NCBI GenBank assembly: GCA_964016885.1
Contig: OZ024741.1
Location: 98,394,001-98,458,000, forward strand
DNA from: Eledone cirrhosa
Taxonomy: Eukaryota
Direction of reading: 5' to 3'
Length of the DNA: 64,000 bases
The notes under the pieces: model-generated
Database searches by the model: none
What the model saw: the letters and a program-made list of their open reading frames with translations, nothing else
What the model was told of the DNA's origin: nothing
Shown: positions 44,278 through 57,667 of the stretch, piece by piece
How positions within the stretch are numbered: position 1 is the first letter of the stretch
Layout: each line of letters starts with the position of its first letter
Position numbers and translations under genes: made by a program

Positions 44278-45502
44278 AGACAGATAATGTGAGAGAGATA
44301 GAGGGGGAGCGATGGTTGTATGCATTGACTAATTCCGTAGGCAATAAATGAGAAACATTACTGGGCGATGCGGCAAGACATATGTACCACACGACGCATA
44401 TAGTTATATGTTGAGGTATCTCCCTCTCAAATATTATATTATGTCTTGTGTCATACAATTTACATTACAAGATCTTCACAAAAGTCTTCCCTTTACAAAC
44501 TTCTAAACGATCAATATAGAAAATCACTTCAAACTAAAACTCATTGCAAGAGTGTGAGAGACAGAGAATATTCCAGAGAATTGTGCATCCTTATTGCAAT
44601 TCCCATATGGAATCTGCCAGATCCTCTATTTAATAAATACATTTCAACCAATGTGATGCCACACAGCTTCTGACTCCACAATTTCTCTCAAACGGCTTAC
44701 GTACATCCAAAAATCGAACGAAAGACATTTGCAGAAAATAACTCGCAGGGGTTTCCAGCCCAAGAACTTTGGTTCACGAACCAAAATCTTAACAACTTCG
44801 GCATGTCTACATCAATATATGTGTGTGATGGTGGTGGTCGTAGTGTGTGTGTATGAGTGTGTGTGTGTGGGGGGGGGGGCTGTCTATATGTGCATATGAG
44901 CCACTATTCGCAATGTCCGGATCTCTCTGACAGTTACTAGAAAAACGATCATTGAGAATAAATCATGTCAATGGATAGAAAATAGAATAAATAAATAAAA
45001 ATAATGGCAATGATGATGATAATGATGGGGATGATGATATTGAGGTGGAGGTGGCGAATGAGGAGGAGATGTACAGTAAATTATTCACCTCTATCTTACA
45101 ACGAAGTTGTAACTGGACTATCGATTCAGTACTAATGATTAATCGACTTACTATGACTATTACTATCATCAACAATATTATTAGTAGCATTACTATTAGT
45201 ATTACTATACAAAAACAGTATTGTGCCGTGTAGTAGGGTACGATGGGACTCGGGAAGGAGAGGGAGAGTAATAGATAGCGAGAAATGGTAGCTATAGTTA
45301 ACATTACTTTATACCAGTTTGTACAGAACTTTTTTTTTCCTCTCAGTGCAAACTGTCCGAGAAAGAAGCCTGCTACACACTAATACACGTAGCAGAAGAT
45401 TAATGTTTCATTGATAATGATGGATACAATAGGGTGGCTTCATGACTTCATTCCTGCTGGTCAGTTTAATTCAGGTCATTAGTGCTGTAAAATTCTGATT
45501 GT

Positions 45503-45504
<2 letters not shown>

Positions 45505-45583
<79 letters not shown>

Positions 45584-45625
45584 TTGTGGTGGTGGTGGTG
45601 GTTGTGGTTGTGGTGGTGGTGCTGC

Positions 45626-45713
<88 letters not shown>

Positions 45714-45752
45714 TGTGGTGGTGGTGGTGGTTGTGGTTGTCGTGGTGGTGGC

Positions 45753-45836
<84 letters not shown>

Positions 45837-45837
45837 T

Positions 45838-45890
<53 letters not shown>

Positions 45891-45891
45891 T

Positions 45892-45949
<58 letters not shown>
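45505..45949. repeat. Compound (GTA)n/(GTG)n trinucleotide array
   Basis: Seen directly. Explains the poly-T/L/V/S ORFs. Confidence 0.97.
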
Positions 45950-46143
45950 GGGACGTCTTCTTCGCCATCGTCGTATGGTGTAATATTTTACAGCAAAGTA
46001 GATTGTTATTGCATGATGCCATCCAGGTGCTGCTTCCAATTGGCAATAAATACTTTATATTGATTGTTACAAATGACTTCCATATATGTATATGTGTATG
46101 TAATATATGCATGTATGTATGTATGCATGTATGAGTGCATGAG

Positions 46144-46175
<32 letters not shown>

Positions 46176-46429
46176 TGTATGTATGCATGTATGAGTGCAT
46201 CGATATATGTATGTAATGTATGTATGTTTGCATGTATGAGTGTATCAATATATGTGTGTATGTATGTATGCATGTATGAGCGGTAAGTATGAGTGTATGA
46301 AAATATGTATGTATGTATGCATATGTGAGTGTATGAATATAGGTATGTATGTAAGTATGTATGTATGAATACATGTATGAGTGTATGAATATATGTATGT
46401 ATGTACGTATATATATTTGTCAAGGCAGA

Positions 46430-46806
46430 ATTCTAGGTGAAGGAAAACTCTGATATAACACCTGCAACCCTGATGGTATCCAATGATGTTGACTTGTTAT
46501 TCTTTTTGGTAAATATCATCTTGGATAAGAGAGAGGGACTGGCTTTGTGCAGTGCCTTTGCTCACTATAAAAGCTTCACGGCACAAGCATTGCTTTATAT
46601 CTGGAGATCTCTCTGCACTTGTCGTCACATGGTACCATGGGCCCAGCACTATGTGTCAATAATTGTCACAAGTATAGTGTTTGTACCAGAGTTTTCAAGT
46701 CGCTGGCTGGACTAAAAAATCACACTCGTTCAGCGCATCGGTAGGGGTTCTCCTACATGGATATAAAGTAGTGGCCGTACTCGAAAACGAGTTGGCAGTC
46801 ACCATG
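46430..46806 (+). mobile_element. 377-bp dispersed element embedded in (TATG)n, copy 2
   Basis: Begins ATTCTAGGTGAAGGAAAACTCTGA (RTE 5'-UTR-like motif) and ends ACCATG into (TATG)n. Confidence 0.9.
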
Positions 46807-47370
46807 TATGTACGTATGTGTGTATGTATGAATGTACGTATGTGTGTATGTATGTATGTACGTATATTTGTATGCATGTGTCTATATATGAATGTTTGTA
46901 TGTCTGTATGCATGCATGTATGTATCTATGTATGTACATATATATATATATATATGCGTGTGTGTGCGTGTGTGTGTATGTGTGTGTGAGCGTGTTTGTG
47001 TGTATGTGAGCGTGTTTGTGTGTGTGTATGTCTCTATGTATGTAAGTAGGCATGCATACATATATGTACATACATATATATATGTGTGTGCCTGTGTGTG
47101 TGCGCACATGCACACGAGTTTGTGTGTTATAATAGAAAAAGTGACCTTTTAATGTTTCATCTAAATAGGGCTTCTCTAACAGTTTGGGAAACCTGTTTCA
47201 TGTGAAACTTTGAACCCACCGTTACCCCATAAAAAATTAACTGTACTGCATATAACCTTCCTCGGTTAACAAGTTATGGTTATTTGAGTAGATGTTAAAA
47301 ACTTCCACATTATATTTATACATATGTGTGTGTATGAGAGATAGAGAGAGAATATGAATTGTAGCATTCA

Positions 47371-47556
47371 ATAATTGTTTCTACTTTAGGCACAAGGCCA
47401 GCAATTACCCAGTACATTACTGGTACTTTATTTTATCGACCCCGTAAGGATGAAAGGCAAAGTTAACCTCGGCGGGATTTGAACTCAGACTGTAAAGGGA
47501 CGTAACTATGCTAGAAAGCATGGTGTCTGACGCTCTACCGATTCTGCCAATCTACC
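47371..47556 (-). mobile_element. SINE
   Basis: Near-identical to 44091-44277. Confidence 0.9.
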
Positions 47557-48324
47557 AATAATGGGGAGAAGAATGTATAATCATCGACATTATTCTCTCA
47601 CACATATGTATATATGTATATATACATTATTTATATATATACATATATATATAAATATATAAATATATATATATATTTATATGTTGATTTAAAACTTTAC
47701 TATTCACAAGTGTTTTTTAACCTTCATATCATGTATCCCTATTTTATCTGACGAAAACGCAAATGTCATTTCATGATGATATTTTTTTTTGAAATGCGCA
47801 TAATAAAATACATGGAACTCTTTTAACCAATCTTTTGATCTTATATTATTTATACTCCAGTCCTACAAACGGTAGAGTGCTACTTATCCGATATCTGCAT
47901 TGCTTTATTGTACTACAATAAAACTTACCTCTTACATATATATATATATATTTATCTGTCGGCCGTCCTCGAGGCCGGCCGACAGAGGTAGAAGCTGCGA
48001 AATTGCCGGCCGTCCTCCTGTCTCTGATTTTCAACACCATGGATTTTTATCCGTTATATTCCTTCGTTATATTTTGAATTACCTGATGATGTCACTGGAT
48101 TCATACTGAACCCGATCATTGAATTGATCATACTATAATAAACCTGTCAAGGATTTACACCAGTACAACCCCCTGTTATGTTGTAATAATTAACTCCGTA
48201 TTCGCACCACCAACCACACAAACGAAGACGGGTGAGTTGCATTACGTTGAGTGATCTCCAAAATATTACATCGAGGTTGACCACACAGAATGACCAGTTC
48301 TATCCAGTCGTGAACCAACAAACC

Positions 48325-48360
<36 letters not shown>

Positions 48361-48457
48361 AAATAAAACTAAATATACAAGGTTCAAAGGAAATTAGAGA
48401 ATTTAAAATGATACGACATAATTGTCACGTCTTTTCAGAATATATGCTTGATTATAT

Positions 48458-48530
<73 letters not shown>

Positions 48531-48770
48531 CATAATTGTTTCTACATTTGGCACAAGGCCAGCAATTACCCAGTGTGTTACTGGTACTTTATTTTATCGA
48601 CCATGTAAGGTTGAAAGGCAAAGTTATACTCATAATTGTTTCTACATTTGGCAAAAGGCCAGCAAATTACCCAGTACATTACTGGTACTTTATTTTATCG
48701 ACCATGTAAGGATGAAAGGCAAAGTTAACCTTGGCGGGATTTGAACTCAGATCGTAAAGCGACGTAACTC
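48531..48770 (-). mobile_element. Two tandem truncated SINEs
   Basis: CATAATTGTTTCTACATTTGGCA.AAGGCCAGCAA...GGCAAAGTTA occurs at 48531 and again at 48631. Confidence 0.88.
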
Positions 48771-48819
48771 TTTATACTCATAATGACTCTAATTACACAC
48801 TGTAATTTTCAAAAGTCTC

Positions 48820-49560
48820 ATTAATATCAGCTAGAGGTTATTCAACCTCTCTTCTAGAAATCCATCTTTGATAGGGCAGTCTCCTACTACAACTCAGCTC
48901 TAAGCATGAGCGGCTTCTCCTAGAGAATCTCTTCTTCTTCAAATATCTGCCCTATATCTATCTTAAAGCCGCTGTGTAGTTCTCGCCACTATTCGCCTTC
49001 AACTTGAAGCCCTCTTAGATTTCATTTGCCTGTAGGCCATAAAAGCCAACAAATATTCAACCGCACACAGTGAAACTAGTCTAATCCTGTACTAAAAACA
49101 TGAAATCCCACCAACAAACGCAAAAGCCTTCCACCTGGAGCAACAGTACAACACTCCAGTGTTGATATATGAATCAGAAGAGAACTCCACTAACCAGAAC
49201 CACCAAAGTAAAGCCTGGTCTTATGAAGGAATGTCTGAGAACCGGGTCAAAAGCCATTTCCTGAACCGCGAAAAAGACTTCAGACATCATGACAAAAATA
49301 TACCAGCTCACGAACCATGTGTGGAACATGGAAGATTAGAGCACAGCGTTCTCCATTAAACGGAGGATATAAGTAAGATCTACCTCTACGTCAATCGGAC
49401 GGAATTTTGTCAGCTGTGTAACTCGACCAAGAGGCATATACTGTCAAAACTAGCTTCAGAGAAACGCTGGTTAAATACGCGCCGCCACTGCTTCCATTGC
49501 TCTCCTCGTGAAGCAAAATTTGTTCTGAAAAATGGTCGAGGCAAGATTACTTTCAATTTG
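48820..49560 (+). pseudogene. Decayed PLE ORF (RT thumb, linker, GIY-YIG)
   Basis: Fragments RLFNLSS/IFDRAVSYYNSALSMSGF, HLPVGHKSQQIFNR/VKLV*SCTKNMKSH, QQYNTPVLIYE...SYEGMSENRVKSHFLNREKDFRH/TNHVWNME/FCQLCNSTK...LNTR. Homologous to 6000-6545. Confidence 0.82.
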
Positions 49561-49801
49561 ACGCCTGGGCTACCTGTGAACACAGTTACCAACCTTGGGT
49601 TTTTTCATAGTTACCTCCCCTTCACTTACATTATCTAAAATATTTAACTATTTATAGAGAATTTCGAGATTACCTAAACTTTAATCCTTCCTAAATTTTC
49701 TAAAATCTCCAGGGTGGGAAGCATTTTTTTCATCACAGTTATAAATAATCATCACTGTTATAAATAATTATACTTAACTCGTGCTAAGTTTGTACCTCGG
49801 T

Positions 49802-49849
<48 letters not shown>

Positions 49850-51630
49850 ATGTGGTGTGTAGCTTTAGTTGAGTGCACTTCAATAATTTTCTATTAGTCT
49901 TTCTACATTTCATGCTTTCTTGAAATATTTATACCTGAGAAAATCCGTGTCTAATATGACATGCATTCTTCCTTCGTGTTACATTCGTTGATATTTCCAG
50001 TTACATACCACCGCTTCTCATACCTCACCACTTTACTTTTCTCATATAATTCTGATGTCAAAGGTTGTACGTGAGTTGGCTCCTTTCATCAGAAAAGATA
50101 TTTTTGCACAAAACTTGGTTGGTATGTATTTATTGTATGTTATATTTTTCACGCGAACTTAGCAGTATAAAATTGAAATATATTGTCCAGAAACTAAACT
50201 TTGATTTTGAATCCACGACTCACAACATTGCAGCCTGGCTATTTCTGAAATGATGTATATATGCATGTATCAATACTGTGTACGCAGGCTGAAGAACCGG
50301 AGATAGGCAGACTGTCAACTCATGCATACACAGACATAATTGGTGTCTAGCTGCTGGACGCATCTCTTGTTTCAGGCAATCTCCACTTTCTTAAGTAGCG
50401 TTTTCATTTTCTCATTGTTTTGTTATCGATGCTGCGTGATTTGTCATCTATTGTAATCCTTATCAAAATCCCTTTAACTCCTTCACAATTTCCACCTCAG
50501 CCACTTTAAATTAGCCACGTTATAATAAGCCGATTACAAGTGGATTAAACCAGATGGCGTTGATCTCCAAGCAATAATAACTTTCAATGGCGCCAGTTTA
50601 TAAATGACCGAAACTTCACGCCTTGTTTAACTTCTATGCAAACTAAATCTCGATAGCAACACCTATTTCGTATAAGGAGGTAATTCCTTAAGATGACGAA
50701 ATTGTAGACTAAGGCTCCTTTTGAGACATTTCTTATAACTACGCTTCTCATAATATCTATAAGCATAACAATAACAATGAGAAGAACAAGAATAACAAAG
50801 ACGACGACAATTTAACTACAGCTGCTATTATTGTCAGTAAGATAAATCGTATTTCATAACCATTGTCTGTTTGCTTGTATCTCCTCAGTATATGTAAACA
50901 CATGTATTCACCAGCCTTTCCCACTTTAACAGCTCCCTCACGTATACACCCGCAGCATGGACGATGTAAACAGAATTACAGAATTTGTAATAAGATAGCT
51001 GAAAAAAATAAACACCGTTTAAACACGTTAGTTGATACTAGTAAAGAAGATCTACATCTTTGACACTTGTTGTTCTTTAGCCTCAGGTAATCATTGATTG
51101 AGACAACCTATTATCATAGACGTTCCCTCATTGAACAAGCCGACGTTTTGTATATCTACTTCTAGATTTTCAGTGTCATTTTGAAGGAATTTGACTGCTA
51201 TTTTTAGCAGTCCAACTGAGCATTTTATCTGAGTATGAATGAAATGGATAATGTTGTTGGACAACTAGACGAGTGATGAACGGTTCTTCATATGTCATAA
51301 ACATGTCGTCTGAAAACACTTAGCTACCCTCAAGCTGGACCATCTAGTTGTGATAAACTATTTCATATTTCATTGTTCTAACCTGCCGTAGTAACGGAAA
51401 CCTTGATGTAAAAGGGCCAAATAGGGAACTGTTAAATATTCGGTCGGTCTAACTGAAATAGCTACATAATTTTACCCAAATTGCACCCTATCGTTTTAGA
51501 GAGTGATTGAATATTGCATTCAAAGATAGAATATGCCGAAAAAGAGTACGGAATAAGAATTGCTGAAATATCTCTAATAATAGGTTGCATATGATAATGT
51601 ATAAGCAGACACACAGGAGTATATACACAT

Positions 51631-51709
<79 letters not shown>

Positions 51710-51993
51710 TAGTGAGCTTATACTACTAAGTCTATGCTAAGGTATGCCAATATCATAACATCAAATATTATGTTTTATCTGATGAAAGTACACTAAAATT
51801 GTGTGTCCTTGAAATAGGTATAAAGAAAGAAATATGGTATTATAAAGATATTTTCCATTTATTAACATTGCTAATATATATATGTGCATATATATATATA
51901 TTATCACCTTGATCACCTTGACCGACCAGTCAGTCAGGCGCCAAGCGGCGCCGCTGGTCAAAGCACGTCGTGCTCTTTTAGCCATAAGATAAC

Positions 51994-52054
<61 letters not shown>

Positions 52055-52140
52055 CGTTTCTGAATTTGTTTAGCAAGATTCTTTATCTGAAAAAGTGTGT
52101 TTAAATCGATATTGTTATGCTTTGGGGAGGTCATGTATAG

Positions 52141-52392
52141 GCTCGTAGTATAGGAGAACGGATAAATGAACACTGGCGAGAGCTTCAAGATAGTAAAGAA
52201 TCATCTGTACTCTACCAACATGCTAAAATAGAACATAAGGGTAAATTAGAGAACATAGAAATAAAAATAGAATCTACACACAGAAAAGACGCAATGTTTA
52301 GGCAAATCACAGAGGCAATAAACATTAATGAACTCCAACTAAAATTAAATAGAAAACATGAATGGAATAGCAACATCACAACTTACAATTAA
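52141..52392 (+). pseudogene. GIY-YIG C-terminal half, open frame of 83 codons without a start
   Basis: ARSIGERINEHWRELQDSKESSVLYQHAKIEH...AMFRQITEAININELQLKLNRKHEWNSNITTYN*. Confidence 0.85.
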
Positions 52393-52591
52393 GGACAAAA
52401 TGAAAACACACACGCACATAGAACAAACAAGCACCCAGTAACATGTAAATAAACAAATAAATAAACAAATATAAACACACACAGACACCCGGATGTAACA
52501 CATGCGCAAACTAAGCACACAACACACACAAAAACAAGATGGCGTAGGACAGAACAAAGGAGAGGCACAAAAACAAAGAAAAGAATCCACA

Positions 52592-52634
52592 GTTACTGAA
52601 GAGGTCACAGAATGTGTGATGAAAGAACTTTGAC
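52592..52634 (+). ncRNA. Minimal type I hammerhead motif (decayed)
   Basis: GTTA CTGAAGA G GTCACA-GAATG-TGTGAT GAAA GAAC TT TGAC. Paralogue of 11601-11643. Confidence 0.65.
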
Positions 52635-52782
52635 AATATATGAACAATCGTCTGGTTGTGGAACCAACCAACCAACCGGAAATTTATAAATTCTTAAATT
52701 TATAAATTTAATTTATAACAAATTGAAGTGAAAGCAACTGGTGCGTGTGTTTCTTATTGGCAACATGACCCTCCCAAAGCAT

Positions 52783-52880
<98 letters not shown>

Positions 52881-52998
52881 ACTAAATAGTACACTGCTGT
52901 TGCTCTTGAATAAAATGACTCACTATGTAGCCTTAATAATATGAATATCAAAACTCTATTTCGGTATTGAGTGCTCTTTTCACACCCGTCAACCATCT

Positions 52999-53050
<52 letters not shown>

Positions 53051-53240
53051 CGGTGGCATTCTGCAGGCAAGCATAAAAGTGTAGGTCCGTGTCCCACATG
53101 TAAGTATATAATTTGTTCCGTTAAGGGGTCTTATATGCCAGGCAATTGTATAGTAAAAAAAAACTTCCACAAAGCTTCTAAGTTTCTCATCAATTTGAAA
53201 TTCCGTTCACCGTGTATAAACAAACGTTTATATATATATT

Positions 53241-53305
<65 letters not shown>

Positions 53306-53506
53306 GGGCATGTTAGCATGAGTGTCTATACGTGTGCATGCATTTCTGTGTATTTATGTACATACATATATATATTTACAATTAAATACACCTTCATGCA
53401 CACAAAAACACACACACATCTGAACGAAATTACACTCAGGAGTGTATGTGAGTGAGTGCTTGCATCCCTTTTAAAAACATACACTATGTACTTCTTTAGT
53501 ATACTT

Positions 53507-53579
<73 letters not shown>

Positions 53580-54938
53580 TATATATAAATTTTACATAGA
53601 CAGATGATGGATTTTAACCACGGATGCATACATACATATTGTTCCTGAAAAGTCGGACTATTAAACAGTGTCTGAGTAGGACGGACGTAACTGCATTTAA
53701 ATTCTCTCCAAATAGAATGGCGCCACCATCTTAAAACTCTTCATGAATTATTAAACAATTCTTAAAGCGTACCTAATACTTGCCGCCACATCTCCAATAT
53801 ATTGTTTCACGGAGACAGAAGATAGATAGAATGACTTAGAAAAAGTGTGAGAGTGATGGCCAAAAAGAGTCTGAAACAAAGTGAGAGTGACAGAGTGAGA
53901 GAGAGAGAAAATGAGAGAGAGGCGGAGAGGGAGAAGGGGAAAGAGAGGAGAGAGAGGCGGAGAGGGAGAAGGGGAGAGAGAGACTGATGAGAGAGAGGTG
54001 GGAGTCAGGTATGTGTTTGTATGTGTCCCTGTGTTTGAGTTTACTATGATGTGGGAGGTAAAAAAATGTATCAACTGCAATAAAAACTGTTTTTAAATAT
54101 ATGTCTATCTTTATATGAATATATGTGTTTCCGTGTGATTGCATATAGATAAATATATTTAAGTATGTATGTGAACATGTAAGATTGTGTTGGTTGGTAC
54201 TCGTGTAATTGTGCGTATATGTGCTTGTGTGTGGATGTATTGTGTGTGCATGTGCTTATAAGTGTCTGTACGACCATATGAACTATAGAGAGAAAGAGCT
54301 GAGGGTAGAAAGACGTATCTGAGATAATTTTTGAAGTTTTTAGTCATGGTGGTGTTAGTTTTAGTGGGAGATACCGGTAGTGCTGTGATGTAAGTGCTGC
54401 TTGTGGTACTGGCAGTGCTAGAGATTTTCGTAATGTCAGTAGTTTCCTCAAACACCAACACATTATCAATTTAAAAAGCTTATTTTTATCGTGAAATGAT
54501 TTATTTTAATTGACCTAAAAGCTAAATCGTGGAAAAATCTAATTTCCTGGAATCTTTGAGACGGAAAATTTCTTATATGATTATTGACTGTGCTGTGCCT
54601 CGTTTAAAATCAGTTCATATTTACAGAATGCTGAGGAATTGTTGTTTAGTAATAGTTGCTTAGTATTTTTAACCGCATTGCAACTTATTTTAGAAATGAA
54701 ACACTATTTGTCGAATTGCTACAGGAATTGTAAACGTAAGGATATATATATATATATATAATATACATATATATATATGTATGTATTTATGTCCCGGGTT
54801 TCACAGTTAGTACTCAATATATTGTTAGAGTGTAAACATGAAATTTAATATAGAAATCATCAGGAAAGTTCGGTTGATTTATTTCGAATGAAACAGTTCT
54901 AGTCCTGTAGAAGCCATTTCTATATTAAACTTTATATA

Positions 54939-55829
54939 CGAGGTGTGTCAGAAAAGTTCCAGGACTGATGTCACAAAAGTTTTATTTCAAACCCAAACTT
55001 CACACTAAGAGGTTTCTCCTTCAAAGTAATCCCCATGTAGTCTAATGCACTTTTCCATCCATTTCTGCCACGCTTGCATGCACTCCTGGAAGAATTCTTC
55101 TGGGATCCTCCGCAGTTCCGTCGGCACGGCCTTTTTAATGTCGTCCACGTCTTCAAAACGGGTCCCCTCCGGGTCGTACTCGAAGATCCATGACTCATCA
55201 CCGGTGATGACTGTCCCTAGCAAGTCTGGTTCGGTTTCAAGACGTTCGAGGATGTCCTGGCACACTTGCATGCGTCGATCCTTCTGGTCATCGTTCAGCA
55301 GTTTTGGCACCATCTTCTCGCAGACTTTCCGCATGTCCAAATCTTCAGTGAGAATCTTCCAGGCGCTGTCCCGATTCATGCCCAGCTCATTTACCATCAA
55401 TCGAACAGTCAGCCGACGATAGCTACGCACCTTCTGCCTGACGCGCTCAACGTTGACTTCAGTCTTGGTTGTTGAGGGCCTTCCGCTCCTGGGGTCATCT
55501 TATCTTGCACCACTCAAAAACACGTGAGCGTGACATCGTCTCATCTCCATACACTTGTTGCAGCAATCCCAGTGCTTCTGATGGAGTTTTCCCCAACCGT
55601 TCCAGAAACTTCAAGTTTGTTCGTTGCTCTGTGCTCATTGCTTGACGACCTGAAACAGAGGAAAGGTATATAAAATTATGAAGAAAAAAGTTTGATCGCT
55701 GCAGAAAGCTAAGATTACAGTTACATACTCCAGGGGGATTACTTTGAAGGAGAAAACTCATAGTGTGAAGTTTGGGTTTGAAATAAATCTTTTGTGACAT
55801 AAACCCTGGAACTTTTCTGACACACCTCG
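54939..55829 (-). mobile_element. Internally deleted mariner transposon with ~96-bp TIRs
   Basis: TA|CGAGGTGTGTCAGAAAAGTTCCAGG... and ...CCTGGAACTTTTCTGACACACCTCG|TA. TIRs are at 54939-55034 and 55734-55829. Confidence 0.95.
55005..55638 (-). pseudogene. mariner transposase pseudogene
   Basis: MSTEQRTNLKFL..GKTPSEA..VFEW/DDPRSGRP..MVPKLL..ITGDESWIFEYDPE is joined directly to GTRFEDVDDIK..CIRLHGDYFE. The segment with the 2nd and 3rd catalytic Asp is missing. Confidence 0.93.
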
Positions 55830-56104
55830 TATATATATCTATGGGAGTGTCTGTTTGATTGTGTGTGTGTGGGGGGGGGGGGCGTGTGTCTTTCTGTGTG
55901 TGCGTATGAAAACATTTCAAATCTTCATCCAAATCGTCTTGATATTATTGACAATGACAAGCTTATGTCAGGATCCTTTTTCTGGCTTTCGTTACTTGAC
56001 TGGATCTCATCAAAACTTTATTTCGCCTACTTTACTCTCTGCCTTGAGTTTGTCAAATCTAAATCACAGTCTCTACATATGTTCAATTATTAATAGAAAA
56101 GATT

Positions 56105-56720
56105 ATGAAAGTGGGTTGGAAGCCGCTAGAGTTGTTTAAGGACTTCCTGTATCTGGGAGAAAAGATAAGGAACAGAGAGAATTATGTAGTGGAGCGGAAG
56201 AGCAAAGCCTGGGCGGCGTGTCACAATTTAAGGTCGTTGTGGAAGTCATATCTTCATAAAAACCTGAAGATCCGTCTCTTCATCTCTACTGTGGAGTCTG
56301 TGCTTCTGTATGTGTCTTAGACTTGGACACTGACCAAGAGACTCACCCAGAAGGTGGATGCATGCTACATGAGGAGGCTGAGGATGGGTCTCAACATTAA
56401 CTAGTACGCACTGAGGATGAAGAACTCAGAGCTGTACAGGAGCCTCCAAGAAGTCAGCTCGAAAGCGACACAGAGGAGACTGGTATCAGGTGGACATGCT
56501 CACCGGCATTCAGAGCCGACACTGCACACAGTGGTCCTGTGGGAGCCCCTACACGGACACACTGGAAGAGGGAGACCTAGAATTAAATATGTTGAATCCC
56601 TAAGAACAGTCACTGATCTCTGGGAGACGCCGGACACAGCGGGGATGTTGGAAGACAGAGAATAATGGAGAGAATTCATCCATGGATCTCGGGAATTTGT
56701 CCGCTCTAGATAGATACTTC
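56105..56720 (+). pseudogene. 3' fragment of an RTE-clade LINE ORF
   Basis: DFLYLG..KAWAACHNLRSLWKS..KIRLFISTVESVLLY.*TWTLTK..CYMRRLR..GHAHRH..LWEP.HG..GRGRP..DRE*WR. Confidence 0.85.
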
Positions 56721-57652
56721 TTTAAAAATAGTGAAACCCCCTGTGTATTACACCATACTACGGATGTTAATCGATCAAAAATATTGAAGCAGATGGGTAA
56801 CAAGATTCTACACCCTTTATTCTGGCTGACCACCAAGTAGTTAGCATGCAATGCCTTGATCACAGCCTTTGTGTGCCACAAGAATTTGTTATATTTTTTA
56901 ACTGTAGCAGAATACGTATCTGTAAATAATTACCTAAAGTTAACTGATTAAATACAGTAATGTTTGTTTCTGTGTCACATAAACTCAATGCATGGAATCT
57001 GCATGATGAGTAAATCATAAAATATTTTTATTTTTTTATTAAGTAATATTCATTGTAATCCCCTATTGGTGGCTTTACATATCCTTTACCCTTGCAATTT
57101 TCTATGACAAAGTTATTTTCTACTCTATATTTCCATTATCAGACTTACAATGCCAGGACCTGTTTTCTTGCAATAATCTTCGAAAGAGAGAATTTCCTCT
57201 TGAATCTTAAACTTACATTCTGTATTTTGAAATGTTGAATAGTATTTTGCATTTGATGTTTACAAATCAAATTCGACCAAAGTAAAATAAATTCATTTTT
57301 GATTTGGCTGAAAAAATGTGATTGTAGCAATTATTCCTTTCATTGTGTTTCTTTCAGTTTTGTGACATAAGATTGAAATACTGGTTTCCAATGAAACAAA
57401 AGTTTTAAATTATTTACTAGTGTCAAAATCACTAATCAAACGAGAGTTACTATGGAATGCTAACTTACTTTTACCACCACCACTAAAAAAGTAAATATTC
57501 TACCTCTCTCCATGCTGTATAATGCGATTTATGTTGTTGCTATATTCATGCCCAGGAATTTATTTTCTCACATACATTTTGCCATTTTTCTCTGGCAGTT
57601 CATTCATTCCCTGTTGTCAACACTGATACAATAACTATACGTTTTTCAAAGA

Positions 57653-57667
57653 GTTGCCATGGTAAAC
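57653..57667. promoter_or_regulatory. RFX X-box-like motif
   Basis: GTTGCCATGGTAAAC in repeat-poor sequence. Motif match only. Confidence 0.3.

Larger units (their letters stand above)
52109..52790 (+). mobile_element. 5'-truncated PLE with a short inverted tail copy at its 5' end
   Basis: 52109-52136 is the reverse complement of the 3' terminus 52762-52790. The EN C-terminus is followed by a hammerhead and then (TA)n. Confidence 0.88.

Noticed and set aside
45471-46134. Mucin-like poly-Thr, poly-Leu/Pro and poly-Val ORFs
   Set aside because: Pure (GTA)n/(GTG)n array, open in several frames, with no splice or domain context.
39235-46806. Single 7.6-kb DNA transposon bounded by 377-bp TIRs
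   Set aside because: No transposase or TSD was found, the interior is a patchwork of unrelated repeats, and each copy sits in its own microsatellite.
49410-49592. Minus-strand ORF with a cytochrome P450-like GEQWKQWRRVFN motif
   Set aside because: The opposite strand is a collinear PLE GIY-YIG remnant, and no other P450 motifs are present.
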